A stretch of 64,000 bases of DNA from Chiloscyllium plagiosum (Eukaryota), in contig NC_057720.1 in NCBI RefSeq assembly GCF_004010195.1, forward strand, positions 75,203,782 through 75,267,781, given 5' to 3'. The notes beneath the pieces are model-generated. The model was not told the DNA's origin, made no database searches, and was given only the letters and a program-made list of their open reading frames with translations. The position numbers and the translations under genes were made by a program. Positions 51,194 to 62,949 of this stretch are shown piece after piece. How positions within the stretch are numbered: position 1 is the stretch's first letter; each line of letters begins with the position of its first letter.

Positions 51194-51347
51194 AAAAACA
51201 ATGACTGCAGATGCTGGAAACCAGAGTCTAGATTAGAGAGGCGCTGGAAAAGCACAGTAGTTCAGGCAGCATCCAAGGAGCAGTACTGCTCCCTGGATGC
51301 TGCCTGAACTGCTGTGCTTTTCCAGCGCCTCTCTAATTTAGACTATA
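51194..51347. mobile_element. Nested family-A PLE palindrome (60-bp arms, no loop) with a 10-bp TSD
   Basis: Arms at 51225-51284 and 51285-51344, centred on cagt|actg. TSD ataacctggt at 51184-51193 and 51348-51357. Confidence 0.88.
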
Positions 51348-51654
51348 ATAACCTGGTGTTGTGTGATTTTTTAAACTTAAAACTCTGTGGTTTTCAGCCA
51401 TTCAATTTATAGTCATTTTTGATGTAAAGGCTGGTTCCATAACACTGTTTTGAAGTGAACAGGGGAGTTGTGCCTAGTATCCTGGACAGTAATGGTCCTT
51501 CAGGCAACATCTCAAAAAAAAAAATGATCATCTAGTCAAAATTACATTGCTGGTTACATCAATTTCCTATGTGCAAATTTGTTACTCTCTTTCCTACCTT
51601 ACAGCAGTAATAAGAACAAATGAATTAGGAACAGAAATAGGCTATTCCGTCATT

Positions 51655-51925
51655 AAATACAGGGACCAAAACTGCACACAGTAGTCCAGCTGGGTCCTCA
51701 CCAACAGTCTGCACGGGTGCAACAAGACTTCTTTACAACACCAACTTCCGAGCAAGAATGGCCCAAATTCCATTTGGCTTCTTATTTACTTGCTGCACCT
51801 GCATGATAAACTTTGTGTGCTTCATGCACAGGAACACCCAGATCCCTCTGCATTGTGATTTTTTTAGTTTGAGACTCTCTCCATTTAAATAATAAGCTGC
51901 CTTTTGAATGCTCCTACCACAATAT
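51655..51925 (-). mobile_element. Old CR1 fragment
   Basis: YYLNGE and VQQVNKKPNGIWAILAR remnants. Confidence 0.75.
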
Positions 51926-52689
51926 TCTGGGTGCAGAGTGCTAGTGTCTAAGGGCCAGAGGTCTAAAGTTCTTTCGAGGCAGCTTGGGACTGAGTGCCAT
52001 AGTATGGCCAAACAGGTTGATTGAAAAGATATTGACCAATCTACCCAGATGGCTGAAGTTCCTCATACCAGATACCATTCTGTGTGAATAGGATTTGCAA
52101 TGCGTTCACATCTTTCAGAGAGATAACAGTCCAGTCAAGAGTATCCCAAGTTAGGAAATGAAGTCTGGAGCTGTGTGTTTCACAGACAAATATCTGTATG
52201 TTGAAGCAGGCAGCAAAAGACTTTGAGATGTACGAGGTCTTATTTGAAATCTACCATAGAGCACACACATTCATTTATTCTTTTCCCTGCCCAGATGCAA
52301 CACACACTGGGGAAGAAGTCAGCTCTTATTATTTTAAATCAACCTGTTTGGACAAGTTCATATCCTGGACAGGTAGGCCCAGAACCCAGACATGCTTGAC
52401 CAGAGATAATAACACTACCCCTGTGCTGCAAAAGGCCAGAAGAATCCCACAGTTCTAACTAAAAGCTCCACCCAATCACCCATGTTACTAATTCAACAAA
52501 ACAAAACCAGGGCATGTGTGATAATAACAAAAAGGGAGGGGTGGGTAAAGAGGGAAGGGATTAAAGCAAAATGGATTTGGGGAGAGGGTAAATATTGCAC
52601 TCTAATCCCCACAGTGCCCACCCTCTCTTTAAAGGCTTTAATGGTATTGCTGGATACCACATGCTGCCAATCGAAGGACACCTGTGGGT

Positions 52690-53470
52690 AAGGTGAGAGG
52701 GGAAAGATTTAAAAGGGACTTAAGGAGCAACTTTTTCCACACAACGGGTGGTGCGTGTATGGAATGAGCTGCCAGAGGAAGAGGTGGAGGCTGGTACAAT
52801 TACAACATTTAAAAGGCATCTGGATGGGTACATGAATAGAACATAGAACACTACAGCGCAGTACAGGCCCTTCGGCCCTCGATGTTGCACCAACCTGTCA
52901 TACCAATCTGAAGCCCATCTAACCTACACTATTCCATGTATGTCCATATGCTTGTCCAATGACGACTTAAATGTACTTAAAGTTGGTGAATCTACTACTG
53001 TTGCAGGCAAAGAATTCCATACCCTTATTACTCTCTGAGTAAAGAAACTACCTCTGACATCTGTCCTATATCTATCACCCCTCAATTCAAAGCTATGCCC
53101 CCTCGTGCTCGCCATCACCATTCTTGGATAAAAGGCTCTCACTGTCCACTCTATCTAATCCTCTGATTATCTTATATGTCTCTATTAAGTCACCTCTCAA
53201 CCTTCTTCTCTCCAATGAAAACAGTCTCAAGTCCCTCAGCCTTTCCTCGTAAGATCTTCCCTCCATACCAGGCAACATCCTCGTAAATCTCCTCTGCACC
53301 CTTTCCAAAGCTTCCACATCTTTCTTATAATGCGGTGACCAGAACTAATAGAAAAGGTTGAGAGGAATATGGGCCAAGTGCTGGCAAACGGGACTAACTT
53401 TATTTAGGATATTTGGTTGGCATGGACCATAGAGTCTGTTTCTATGCTGCATATCTCTCTGACTATATGA
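52690..53470 (+). mobile_element. CR1 3' end, split by a nested antisense CR1
   Basis: The host reads ..ggcatctggatgggtacatgaatag and resumes at about 53347 with aatagaaaaggttgagaggaatatgggcc. Confidence 0.88.
52842..53346 (-). mobile_element. Nested CR1 of another subfamily, with aatagaa duplication
   Basis: ALERVQRRFTRMLPGMEGRSYEERL..; gttctat tail; aatagaa at 52835-52841 and 53347-53353. Confidence 0.9.
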
Positions 53471-55847
53471 ATGTAGCCCTAGATGATGGGGCAGTCAGGC
53501 ATCAAATCCCCTCCAAGGCCTTCTGCCTGGGCTGGGTGATGGCCACATAAGCCAGGCCCAGGAGGAGATCCTCTGATTTGCTCAACCTTTCTGCACTGAG
53601 TGGAGAAGTCAACTCTTTCGTTTCTCCACCCACCTTTTTTCTCCGTCCTCATACAGACTAAACAGTTTTTCACCCCACCACCTGTAGTATTTTTTCCATA
53701 TATTAGCCACCAACCGTAAATCACCCGTGCTTTCCGATTGATTAAAAGGTAAGTGCAGAGCCAGTTAAAGGCAATGCACTGACTCCAAATGTGAAGGAGG
53801 AGGAAGAAATCAACTTTTAAAAAAGAAATTAATCTATTTTTCTCATCAACCTATTCAGCGATGTTATTGCAGGTGGGACTTGAACCCGGGCTGTACCACA
53901 AGAGGGGCCTGGAAATCGGCTCTTAAATGAAAAGCCCGACGAACATTACCTGCTGTCAATCATCTCTGCAGCCGTTCGGTTTGAGCCTTAAAGTGACCAG
54001 CATTTCAAACTGTTATGACCTCAGCCGATCCACCATGAGGAACTAAAGGAGTGTAGCGATCTTGGAGTAAGTTACAGAGAGAGGGAGCAACTTAAAAAAC
54101 AGGAGATTTATTTTATTCAGCCCTGGAACATGAGCTTCACTGGCTGGGCCAACATTTATTGCCCATCCCTAGTTGCCCTTGAGAAGGTATTGGTGAGCTG
54201 CTTTCTTGAATCACTGCAATCTAAGTGCTGTGGGTTGACCCACAATGCCTTTGGGGAGGGTACACGATGTCTTTTAGTTTATGTTTGCGTGAGACAGTGC
54301 AAGTGTCAGAGGGAATAGGGATGTGTGTTTTATGCTTTCTGTGTATTGTCTGAGATGTTCATCTGGACACAGGCTTCATTTACCCTCTCCCTGTCTAAAC
54401 TTCTCTTTCTCGGTTACTCTCTCTCCTTGACCTTCCATATTTTTCTCCATTTTCTGCCCACTCTCTCGCAGTCAGCTCCTCTCCACGTCAATTCTTTCTC
54501 TCCCCAAATCGCTCACGCTCACACACTCTCCTAGAGTCACAATCGTGAATCCATGTGAGATTCTGGAAGACAGCTCTAGATTGCAGAAGGTTAACACAAT
54601 GGAACGGCTTAACAATTATTTTATAATCAAAGCGCAGCTAGACCAATTGCATCATGGAACTACAGAGCTGGACAGAATACATATGCTGCTTATAGATTTA
54701 ATTCTGAAATATTTTTAATCCATTGAGGAGAAACTCTGTTATATCTAAACAAAAGCAAGACAGCTGGACATCAGGAATAAAATAAAAAGCAGAAAATGTT
54801 GGAAACCATCAGCAAGTCAGGTAATATATACAGGCAGATGTAGATGATTGAAATACTGTCATTAAGGCAACATGATTTGGTATAGCATTTACGTTTGTAG
54901 GGTTGGGTGAATTTACTTGGTTTCATCTGAACTCATACCAGCCAATGGTTTTGGCACAGTGAAAGCAGAGTTCAGATCTGTACAAAAAGCCAGCAGTGTT
55001 GATTAGAAAAAAAAGTCACGAAGAGTGAGATTAGAATTCCTTGTTGATATGGCCATCTGTTTTTACTTAAAGGGAAATCCAATTAAAGCATGGTTACAAA
55101 CTATGCCCACAGACATCAACACAAGTCCAATTTTTTTCACTTGGTGTTTCTCACTTTCAAACACAGGGGTAAAAAAAACAGAATTTTCCTTCAATAGGCT
55201 ATTGGTCTCACATTGAGCCGCGATGAGATTCAGACAAGAAGAACAAAAATAGATAAAACGCATTGCTCACCTGTATGGGATCTTTCTGTGTGCAAACACT
55301 TACCTATATTGTAGCATTCTCATAATTTATTGTACCCAAAGCACTCTAGGCTATCTCTGGAAGATGTGACAAGGTACTGACTTAATTTGTGAATTTTCTC
55401 TCAGTACTTTTCCTGTCTGTTGAATAAAACTACCAGCACACAAAGCCAAGCCTTCTTTCCCACCCCCCCCAACCCCATCCATGAACCAGTTTATGATGCT
55501 CTGACAACAGAGATGTTTAGTTACCTTAGTAACAGGATTTCCACAATTTACCCTGTTTCTTAATAAGGTGATGAACTTCAGAAAATAAGCAGGTTTATTG
55601 ACAAAACTGAAGCATTTAACCAGCCGCTGTTATCAATTCAAATAACAACGCTGCTTTGAAGTGATTAATGAAAAGTTTAAACAAACAGAAGGTTTCATAT
55701 GAATTGCATTCTTTGCATTTACACAGCAACTTCCAGAAAAGAAAATATGGCGAGGTGCTTCAATCAGTTAAACCATGGCACATAGACAAAAAAAAGAGGA
55801 TACACTGAGGCAGATGACCAAATGTTTAATCAAAGAGACAGGGCTTT

Positions 55848-56177
55848 ATAGAATCCCTACAGTACGGAAACAGGCCATTCAGCCCAACAAGTCTACATCA
55901 ACCCTCCAAGAGCATTCCGTCAGATCAACCCATCCCTGCATTTTCTACAGCTAATCCACCTAATTTACACAGCCCTGAACACTATGGGCAATTTAGAATG
56001 GCCAATCCACCTTATCCTGCACATCTTTGGGCTGTGGGAGGAAACCGGAGCATCCGGAGGAAACCCACGCAGACACAGGGAGAATGTACAAACTCCACAC
56101 AGTCACCCAAGGGTGGATTTGAACCCAAGTCCCTGGTGCTGTGAGGCAGCAGTGATAACCACTGAGCCACTGTACCT
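55848..56177 (-). mobile_element. HE1-type SINE
   Basis: Reverse-complement head and body. Confidence 0.9.
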
Positions 56178-57067
56178 GTAGCTGGATGTTAAAAGGAGGC
56201 TCAGGTTGTTTTATTGGAAGGTGCAAGGTCTTCACATTTTGACCAGAACAGTCGTGCTGACAGAAGATAGACAGTTAGTATCAACTTCCAGCACAGTGTT
56301 AGGAATGTCAAGTTTTGCAATACTTGTAATTGCCGACTGTATAATGATTTCGAATTATGTTCACTTGATACTCAGACACCAGGTCCATGGAGAAGGACTT
56401 CCAAAGGGGAACACAGAAGAAGGGTGATAGAGGTAGCAACTACCTACAGTATGCAGCACAGAATGCAGGAGAGAGTAGACACTCGAATTAAAGTGACCAA
56501 GTTTATAATGGTTCAGAACACAGCTACAAGATTCACTTAGCTTTGTGTAGAGGGAAGACTCTCCAATTCACCCCACATCTTGAAAGTCAGTTCTGGGATT
56601 AGGAGTGACCCAAATGGGAAGGGAAAAGAAAGGAACAAGCTCTTGGGTGCTAGGAATCTCTTTGAGCAGTTCCTGGAGAGTAAAGTGTCCGCTTCAGAGT
56701 ACGGTATACCCAAGAGGTTTAATTTTCAGTTGCTTCTGAAGTTAATGGGAAGCTTTTCTACAGTTTGCAACATACGTTGCTTAAACACTACTCCAGTAAG
56801 CAATGTTGTTTTTTGTAAGCTTGCTCTAATAAAAGACTAAAACTTGAAATTTTGTCATATGACCATTTCAGTCCCTCACTAGAAATTCAAATTTTGTTTA
56901 AGCTCCTGGTCTGTACAAAGAGCTGAAGATTAGCCAGGTATTGAGCTACTTCCACCTCTCCACAAGCCAAGTCTCCTGCTCAACTCTTCAACATCCTCAG
57001 ACCATCCTGCTTCTGACTGCATCAGACCATTCCCATGGATAGGGCTTCCATGATCAGGATTTGGGGG

Positions 57068-57305
57068 TATGCGTGTTAGGGTGTGTGTGTGTGTGCGTGC
57101 ACATGCGAGGGCATGAGTGTGTGCGATGGTGTGTGCGCACTTGCAAACGAGCGTGCGGGGTTGCGCGCGTGTGATCAAGCATGTGTGCCAGGGTACGGCG
57201 CACACCTATGCTGTGCATTTGGAGGGGTGAGCGTTTGTGTAAATGTGCAGCGGAATGCGTACATGCATTTATGCAAGGGCGCGTGTAGGTGTGTATATGC
57301 ATACT
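57068..57305. repeat. Degenerate (GT/GC)n alternating purine-pyrimidine tract
   Basis: gtgtgtgtgtgtgtgcgtgcacatgcg... over about 240 bp. Confidence 0.8.
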
Positions 57306-57876
57306 AAGTGGGAAAAGGCAACGTTCTGTACTATGATTTCCTTACATTGATGAATGCTCAAATACTTTACACAAACAAACAAGCAGGTATCTGGATACAT
57401 CCAAAGTTATAAAAATTTAAGACAGTGAATGTCCTGTAGAGATGTGTTGCTTTTGCTAGCAGATTCCATGAAGCAGAGTTCAGGTCTGATTTAAAATAAA
57501 ATACTGACATTCCTCAACATCCTACAGCTGAAAAACATTGCAATTCTTTATATGCATGGCTGGAACATTTGTGCATTCCCATGGCAACTACAACACACTG
57601 AATACTTCCGGGAATTAAACACATCTCTTCAAAAACATGAACCTACTGAACTGACCCATCCTCAATAGATACAACTGCCAGAAAACTGTATTTTAATGCA
57701 TTTTGAAACCTGACAGAAGAATCCTATCTGTGATAATAAGCCAGTCAAAGCCTGGTCATGCAGCAGTTTGGTATGGAACACCTATTTGGTCCCCATGAAC
57801 TTTGAATTCTTCTGGGTTCACTTCCAGCCCATTCACACACTCACAGAACTGCTGCTCACTTGAAGCATTGACTCAC

Positions 57877-57935
57877 CTGTAGATAGGATCCTGCATAATC
57901 AACATCTTGCTCTCATCCCAGGTCCATTCTTTCTT
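57877..57935 (-). CDS. NOS1AP: NOS1AP/CAPON internal coding exon (equivalent to human exon 4), PTB domain: [19 protein letters not shown](R)
   Basis: Minus strand reads tttgctttttttctcttatcttcag|AAGAAAGAATGGACCTGGGATGAGAGCAAGATGTTGATTATGCAGGATCCTATCTACAG|gtgagt. It is 59 nt, phase 0 to 2. The peptide matches recalled [25 protein letters not shown] and splices in frame to 1268-1376 (AG|G = Arg). Confidence 0.96.
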
Positions 57936-58349
57936 CTGAAGATAAGAGAAAAAAAGCAAAATATTTTAGCAGTGATAACATTGTCAACTTAACCTGCAAG
58001 TGTCAGATATGCTGTAGCATTCAGTTCTTTGGAAAATGTACACATCTTGAGTGAAACTCATACATGAAAATGCCATGTTACTCTGAATCCCATAGGATTT
58101 GAATATAAGATTATAAATGACAATTAAAGCGGGGTAGTGGCAGAGCGGTAATGGCATTGGACTTGTAATCCCGAGGATCTGATTTCATGGGATCAAATCC
58201 CATCGTGGTATAAAGAGGGATTTATGTTCCATTAATAACTTTGGTAGTCAAAACTGGACTTGGTAAAGGTGACCACAAAATCATTGAATTTTGTAAAACA
58301 CAATTGAACTCCTAATGCAATCTCATGTCTCCCCTGCCCAAAAAAAAAT

Positions 58350-59380
58350 GTAAATAGTACTCCAGGTATGATCTCTCCCAAGACTCTATGTAACTGCAAT
58401 AAAATGCCCTTACTTTTATATTCCATTCCCCTGGCAATAAACGCTAACATGCCATTTGCCTTCCTAATCACTTGCTGTGCCTGCAAGCTATCTTTATTTT
58501 TTGTAGTTCATGTGCCAGGAAATCCAGATCAGTCTGTACCTGCACATTCTCCAATCTCTCTCCATTTAAAAATTGCAAACTGCTCCTCCATTCATCTTGC
58601 CAAAGTGGGCAAGTTTACATCGTCCCACATTATATGCTTTCTGCTAAATTTTCCTCTATGTTCCTTTATAGACTCTTAACTCCTCTCCACAAGTTACTTT
58701 GTTCCTTATCTTGCCATCATCAGCAAATTTAGCAACTGTACATTTAATCCTACATCCAAATTATCCATTTAGACTGTTAATAGTTGAAGCCACACCACTG
58801 ACCTCTTTGCCATGCCACTGATCACAGCTGGTCAACTTAAAAATTTTATTTTTATTTCTATTCTCTACTTCCTGTCAGCATACCCACTCCTTCATCCATG
58901 TTAGATGCAACTCCATCTGATGAAGAAGCAATGCTCCGAAAGCCTGAGATTTCAAATAAACATGTTGGGTTTTAACCCGGTGTCATGTGACTGTTGACTT
59001 TGTCCACTCTGGTCGAACACTGGCACCTCCACATCATTTATTCATGTGGACATGGTATACAGTGAGCTTTTATTTTGCTGTGTAACCTTTGATGTGGCAC
59101 TTTGAATAGCCAAGCATGCTACATCTCCAGCTTCCCTTGATTCCCCCGCCTTTTATCTGCTCGAAAGTCTCTAATAAATTAAGGAAACACAACTTCCCTT
59201 TCAAAAACAAACATACTCACTCTGCCTGACCCCATTATGATTTTCTAAGTCTCCTGCTACAACCTCCTTAATAATGGAATCTGGCAACTTTCCTGGGAGG
59301 AAATTTGAAGTTAATGAGCATATTGATTCCTGCTTTGTGTCTCCCCCTTTCCTGAATAATAGTGTTATTAATTTTTTCAT
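58350..59380 (-). mobile_element. Old CR1 LINE fragments, interrupted by a PLE at about 58910-59035
   Basis: QAQQVIRKANGMLAFIARGMEYKS; LLFRKGG..SLTS; aaatttgctgatgatg (KFADD). Confidence 0.8.
58910..59035 (+). mobile_element. PLE pLTR (family B) with a partly decayed hammerhead
   Basis: ctgatga-a-gaagc aat gctcc-gaaag-cct from 58917. The body is the reverse complement of about 51011-51137. Confidence 0.78.
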
Positions 59381-60952
59381 CCGAAGTTTGTTTGTAGAAC
59401 AAAGTTTTTGTAAAATTCCAACAAAAAATCCACACATTTATTACTTTGATCCAAATAAACGGCCAAATTTACATACCATATAGAAAACCTCATTTTTCAA
59501 TACCACTGTTACTTGGATGCGCCCTAATCCAAGATATTATTCTTTGTGAAAATACTGATGTACAAGAGAGATTTCGAGATCATGCACTATGAGCTTACGA
59601 GCTTTAGAAAATCTAATCTCTCAAGGCTTTGAGAATAACCAGTAATGTAAACATATAAATTGAAGACCTGAGACCGACGAAGAAAACAAGAAGGACTCAA
59701 ATAAGTAGCTATAAATTGTCTATTAATTGTCTTTATATCATTACCCACAAATCTGCCAATGTAAATAATTCATTTCATCGATACTTTTTCCACATTCCAA
59801 TAATGAACGCACTTCATGATGTCACTTCATTTAGTATATTGAACCTTGGGATATCCCAGAGATATGCAAGGCACTACATTAATTTCTGTCAGCACAATTA
59901 GTCAACTGGTATTTTTGTGCTGGTAAACTGGATATTGGGTCCAAACCTCAAGCAGTTCTCAACATTATTTGTTGTGCTTGGCACCAATATCATCAGTGCA
60001 GACTGAAACTGGTAGAACTGCCAAGGCAGTTATATGTAAGAACACATATGGAAATCCAAAATCCTCCTTCATTAACCAGGATTATATGAGTGTACTGTCC
60101 ACTTGATCAACAATTCAAGGTCTTTGGTGTCGTTATTAGGGAGCTGATCGCTGAATATTCTCCAGCATGTGCTGCCTTTGACAAAAATATTTTTTGATGG
60201 TGGTTAGGGGAGGTGAAGAGATGGTGGTGAAATGTTTACTGCCTAAAAAAAAAAAAGAGGTGAAATACCTTAGATTGCTGATCACATGGACAAAATGTTC
60301 CTATAATCCTGGTTAAATGTATGGCAGGGTAGAGTAAGTGTCTATAACCAGTGTGGTGGGAAACTGGATGAGTGTCATGATTGACACTCCATCTGATGGT
60401 TAAGGGTCGGGTTTCCCATAATATTAGGCCTTGGGCAAAATTACAGGAAAGAGAGACAACAAGAGAAAGACAGAGAGCATGACACAAAGAAACTGGGCCG
60501 AGGATGTGCCCCATCGTGACAGCAATCAATTGGCTAGCTGGAGAAAAAAAATTAAACAAACAAACAAGACTGTAGGGTGGAGTCCACTGCTTATGAAATG
60601 GGGGTGGGGGAGGGGGAGGGGTGAGAAGAGCACTCCTGCTCTCCCTAGTTCCACATTTAGTACATTGTTGGTTGTGACTTCCATCTACCTTACCTGGATG
60701 TTGAGAAGCAACCTTATCCATAGGGACATAACGTACAAATCTGTAGACAAGGATGGAAGTAATGTATCTGATGTCTCCTTCATTTTGTTGCCCAGATGTA
60801 TGTGGGGCTTGTGGTGAAACTTCAAGATATAATGTTACTATTATTTGGAATCGTTCCAAGATGAACAGAACCATGCATTTCTTGATGTTGATTTGTATTG
60901 CTGCATTGTCTGCGTTAGGTACAGGAGACATGGCTGTAGTTTCATTTTGGAT

Positions 60953-61573
60953 TTGTTATGTCAGAGTTTACAGCCTTGAAAGATCTTGAGGTGGACAGAG
61001 TAGTGGAGATTTTAGAAACCTGCATTGACTAGTGACAGGTGTCCAGTATCACAGAAAGACAAAACCATTCAAAAGCTCAGGCAATTAAAGCAGAAAGGTG
61101 CTGTTGCTTCAACAGTCTATAAAAAGTCAGGTTGGGAAGAAAAGGTCCTGATAAGCTTAGATGAAAACTCCTGAAGCATAAACCTGATGGGAGCTGAGCG
61201 TCGGGAAAACCCGTGTGTCTTTGGCCGCTTAAAGGTGTTTAGCCATCAGTAAGGCGATGGTTCCAGAAACCTATTACCATGCCATCTGAACAATTCATTT
61301 TCAAGTGAAGACAGGGGACTCTTCACTAGGTATGAGGGTCCAAAGTTGCTGTGGAAGGTTAAAGGGTTGAATCTTTATAGCTCCTTTTTGTTCCCTTTGG
61401 TCTGTAATAAACATTGATGTCCTTTTGTTGAAAGCTCATTGAAAGCCTCTCTTGAAGACGTTTAGTAATTGACAAGATAAACAAATATCAAAAATAAAAC
61501 TAATGGTCGGACAAAGCCAGGTTTTGCTCTGGGACTGGACAGGTCCAGTGTTAACATCAGCTTGGATTATAGG
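60953..61573 (+). mobile_element. Possible decayed solo LTR
   Basis: Starts tgttatg, contains aataaa signals, and the end gccaggttttgctctgggactggacaggtccagtg..cagcttggattata resembles LTR ends I recall. No TSD found. Confidence 0.35.
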
Positions 61574-62408
61574 AGGGCATATGAAACTTTGTGTATACCC
61601 TCAGTACACAAACATCCACTGTCACTGTGTGCTAAAGATCTATCTCTTCCCAATGTTGTGATGGATGGACCTGTTCAAGTTGCTGTAAAATGATGCAGGC
61701 ATTTGGATCATACACCTGCCCCTCCATGCAGAAAAAAAATAACACTTTGACCACATGTCCATCTGCTGGTCAGGACATAAACCTGAAGCTCTGTGGGAAA
61801 AGGAGAGGGTAGATTCTTTTGGATTGCTTCCTGAGCAGCCTGTCAACGTCATTTGACTGAATGCCTCATTGTCAGAGATTACAAACAGACACTAAGGTGC
61901 AGCTTGACTAGTGATGGGAAGAGCTCTTTCCAACAGATCCTTCCTGCATGCCCAGGGTTTCACCACTTTCCACAGGCACTGACCTCAAACTGGCTGATGG
62001 TGGGACCTCCTGTTAGTGTGTACCTATGCAAAGGGATGCAGTTGGTTTTGTCCAGGTTCGTCCCCAAACAGGACTCCGGGCTCCTCAGCAAGAGAGATAA
62101 GCAATAACTGCTGCTGAAAGACCATCAACTCAATGGAAGATATTTTTTGTTCTACCTGAAACTAGCTAGTCTTCCAGTACAAAGAGTTGTACATTAACGA
62201 ATGTTGCGGAGAGACACATTCCAAGCTCCAGAATGCACTAAAGCTGAGGGCAGCCACTGCAAAAGCTCAAAAAGCCGCAGTCTAAGGTCCACACAGATCC
62301 ACCTGCTGTAATATTCTGAGGAAACAGAGTAAAACCCCTCTCGTGATATCTTTGCCATGGAATGTATGTTGTAATTACCATTCATAAGTGCAATTGCTTT
62401 CAGGCATC

Positions 62409-62608
62409 TAGAGTCATAGAGTCAGAGATGTACAACATAGAAACAGACCCTTTGGTCCAACCTGTCCATGCCGTCCAGATACCCCAACCCAATCTAGTCC
62501 CACCTGCCAGCACCCGGCCCATACCCCTCCAAACGCTTCCTATTCATATACTCATCCAAATGCCTCTTAAATGTTGCAATTATACCAGCCTCCATCACTT
62601 CCTCTGGT
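62409..62608 (-). mobile_element. CR1 3' end
   Basis: tagagtcatagag tail and a 3' UTR nearly identical to 1454-1645. Confidence 0.9.
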
Positions 62609-62634
62609 AACATCCAAATTGAACTCTTATGGCA

Positions 62635-62949
62635 TTAGATTAGATTAGATTACTTACAGTATGGAAACAGGCTCTTCAGCCCAACAAGTCCACACCGAAC
62701 CGCCGAAGCGTAACCCACCCAGACCCATTCCCCTGCATTTACCCCTTCACTAACACTACGGGCAATTTGGCATGGCCAATTCACCTAACCTGTACATTTT
62801 TGGACTGTGGGAGGAAACCAGAGCACCTGGAGGAAACCCACGCAGACACAGGGAGAATGTGCAAACTCCACACAGAGAATCGCCTGAGGCGGGAATTGAA
62901 CCCGGGTCTCTGGTGCTGTGAGGCAGTAGTGCTAACCACCGTGCCGCCC
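62635..62949 (-). mobile_element. HE1-type SINE
   Basis: (ttaga)n tail with reverse-complement head. Confidence 0.92.

Larger units (their letters stand above)
51011..51379 (-). mobile_element. Fold-back PLE pLTR element (family B) with an intact hammerhead, hosting a nested family-A insertion
   Basis: Left arm aagttaaaaatcacaccacaccaggttatagtccaacaggttta is inverted against taaacctattggac..ataacctggtgttgtgtgattttttaaactt. Confidence 0.85.
1377..57876 (-). other. NOS1AP: 56.5-kb GT-AG intron of NOS1AP between the two PTB-domain exons
   Basis: Donor gtgagt at 57876-57871 and acceptor ttcag ending at 1377. The phases are compatible and the spliced peptide is contiguous. Confidence 0.93.

Noticed and set aside
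55298-55323. Minus-strand ATGAGAATGCTACAATATAG|gtaagt, phase-compatible with the 1376 exon
   Set aside because: It is only 6 codons and lies in a decayed Deu-SINE tail. It shows how easily such matches arise by chance.
60236-60931. 231-aa minus-strand ORF
   Set aside because: No recognisable domain, low-complexity content, and no splice phase compatible with NOS1AP in that frame.
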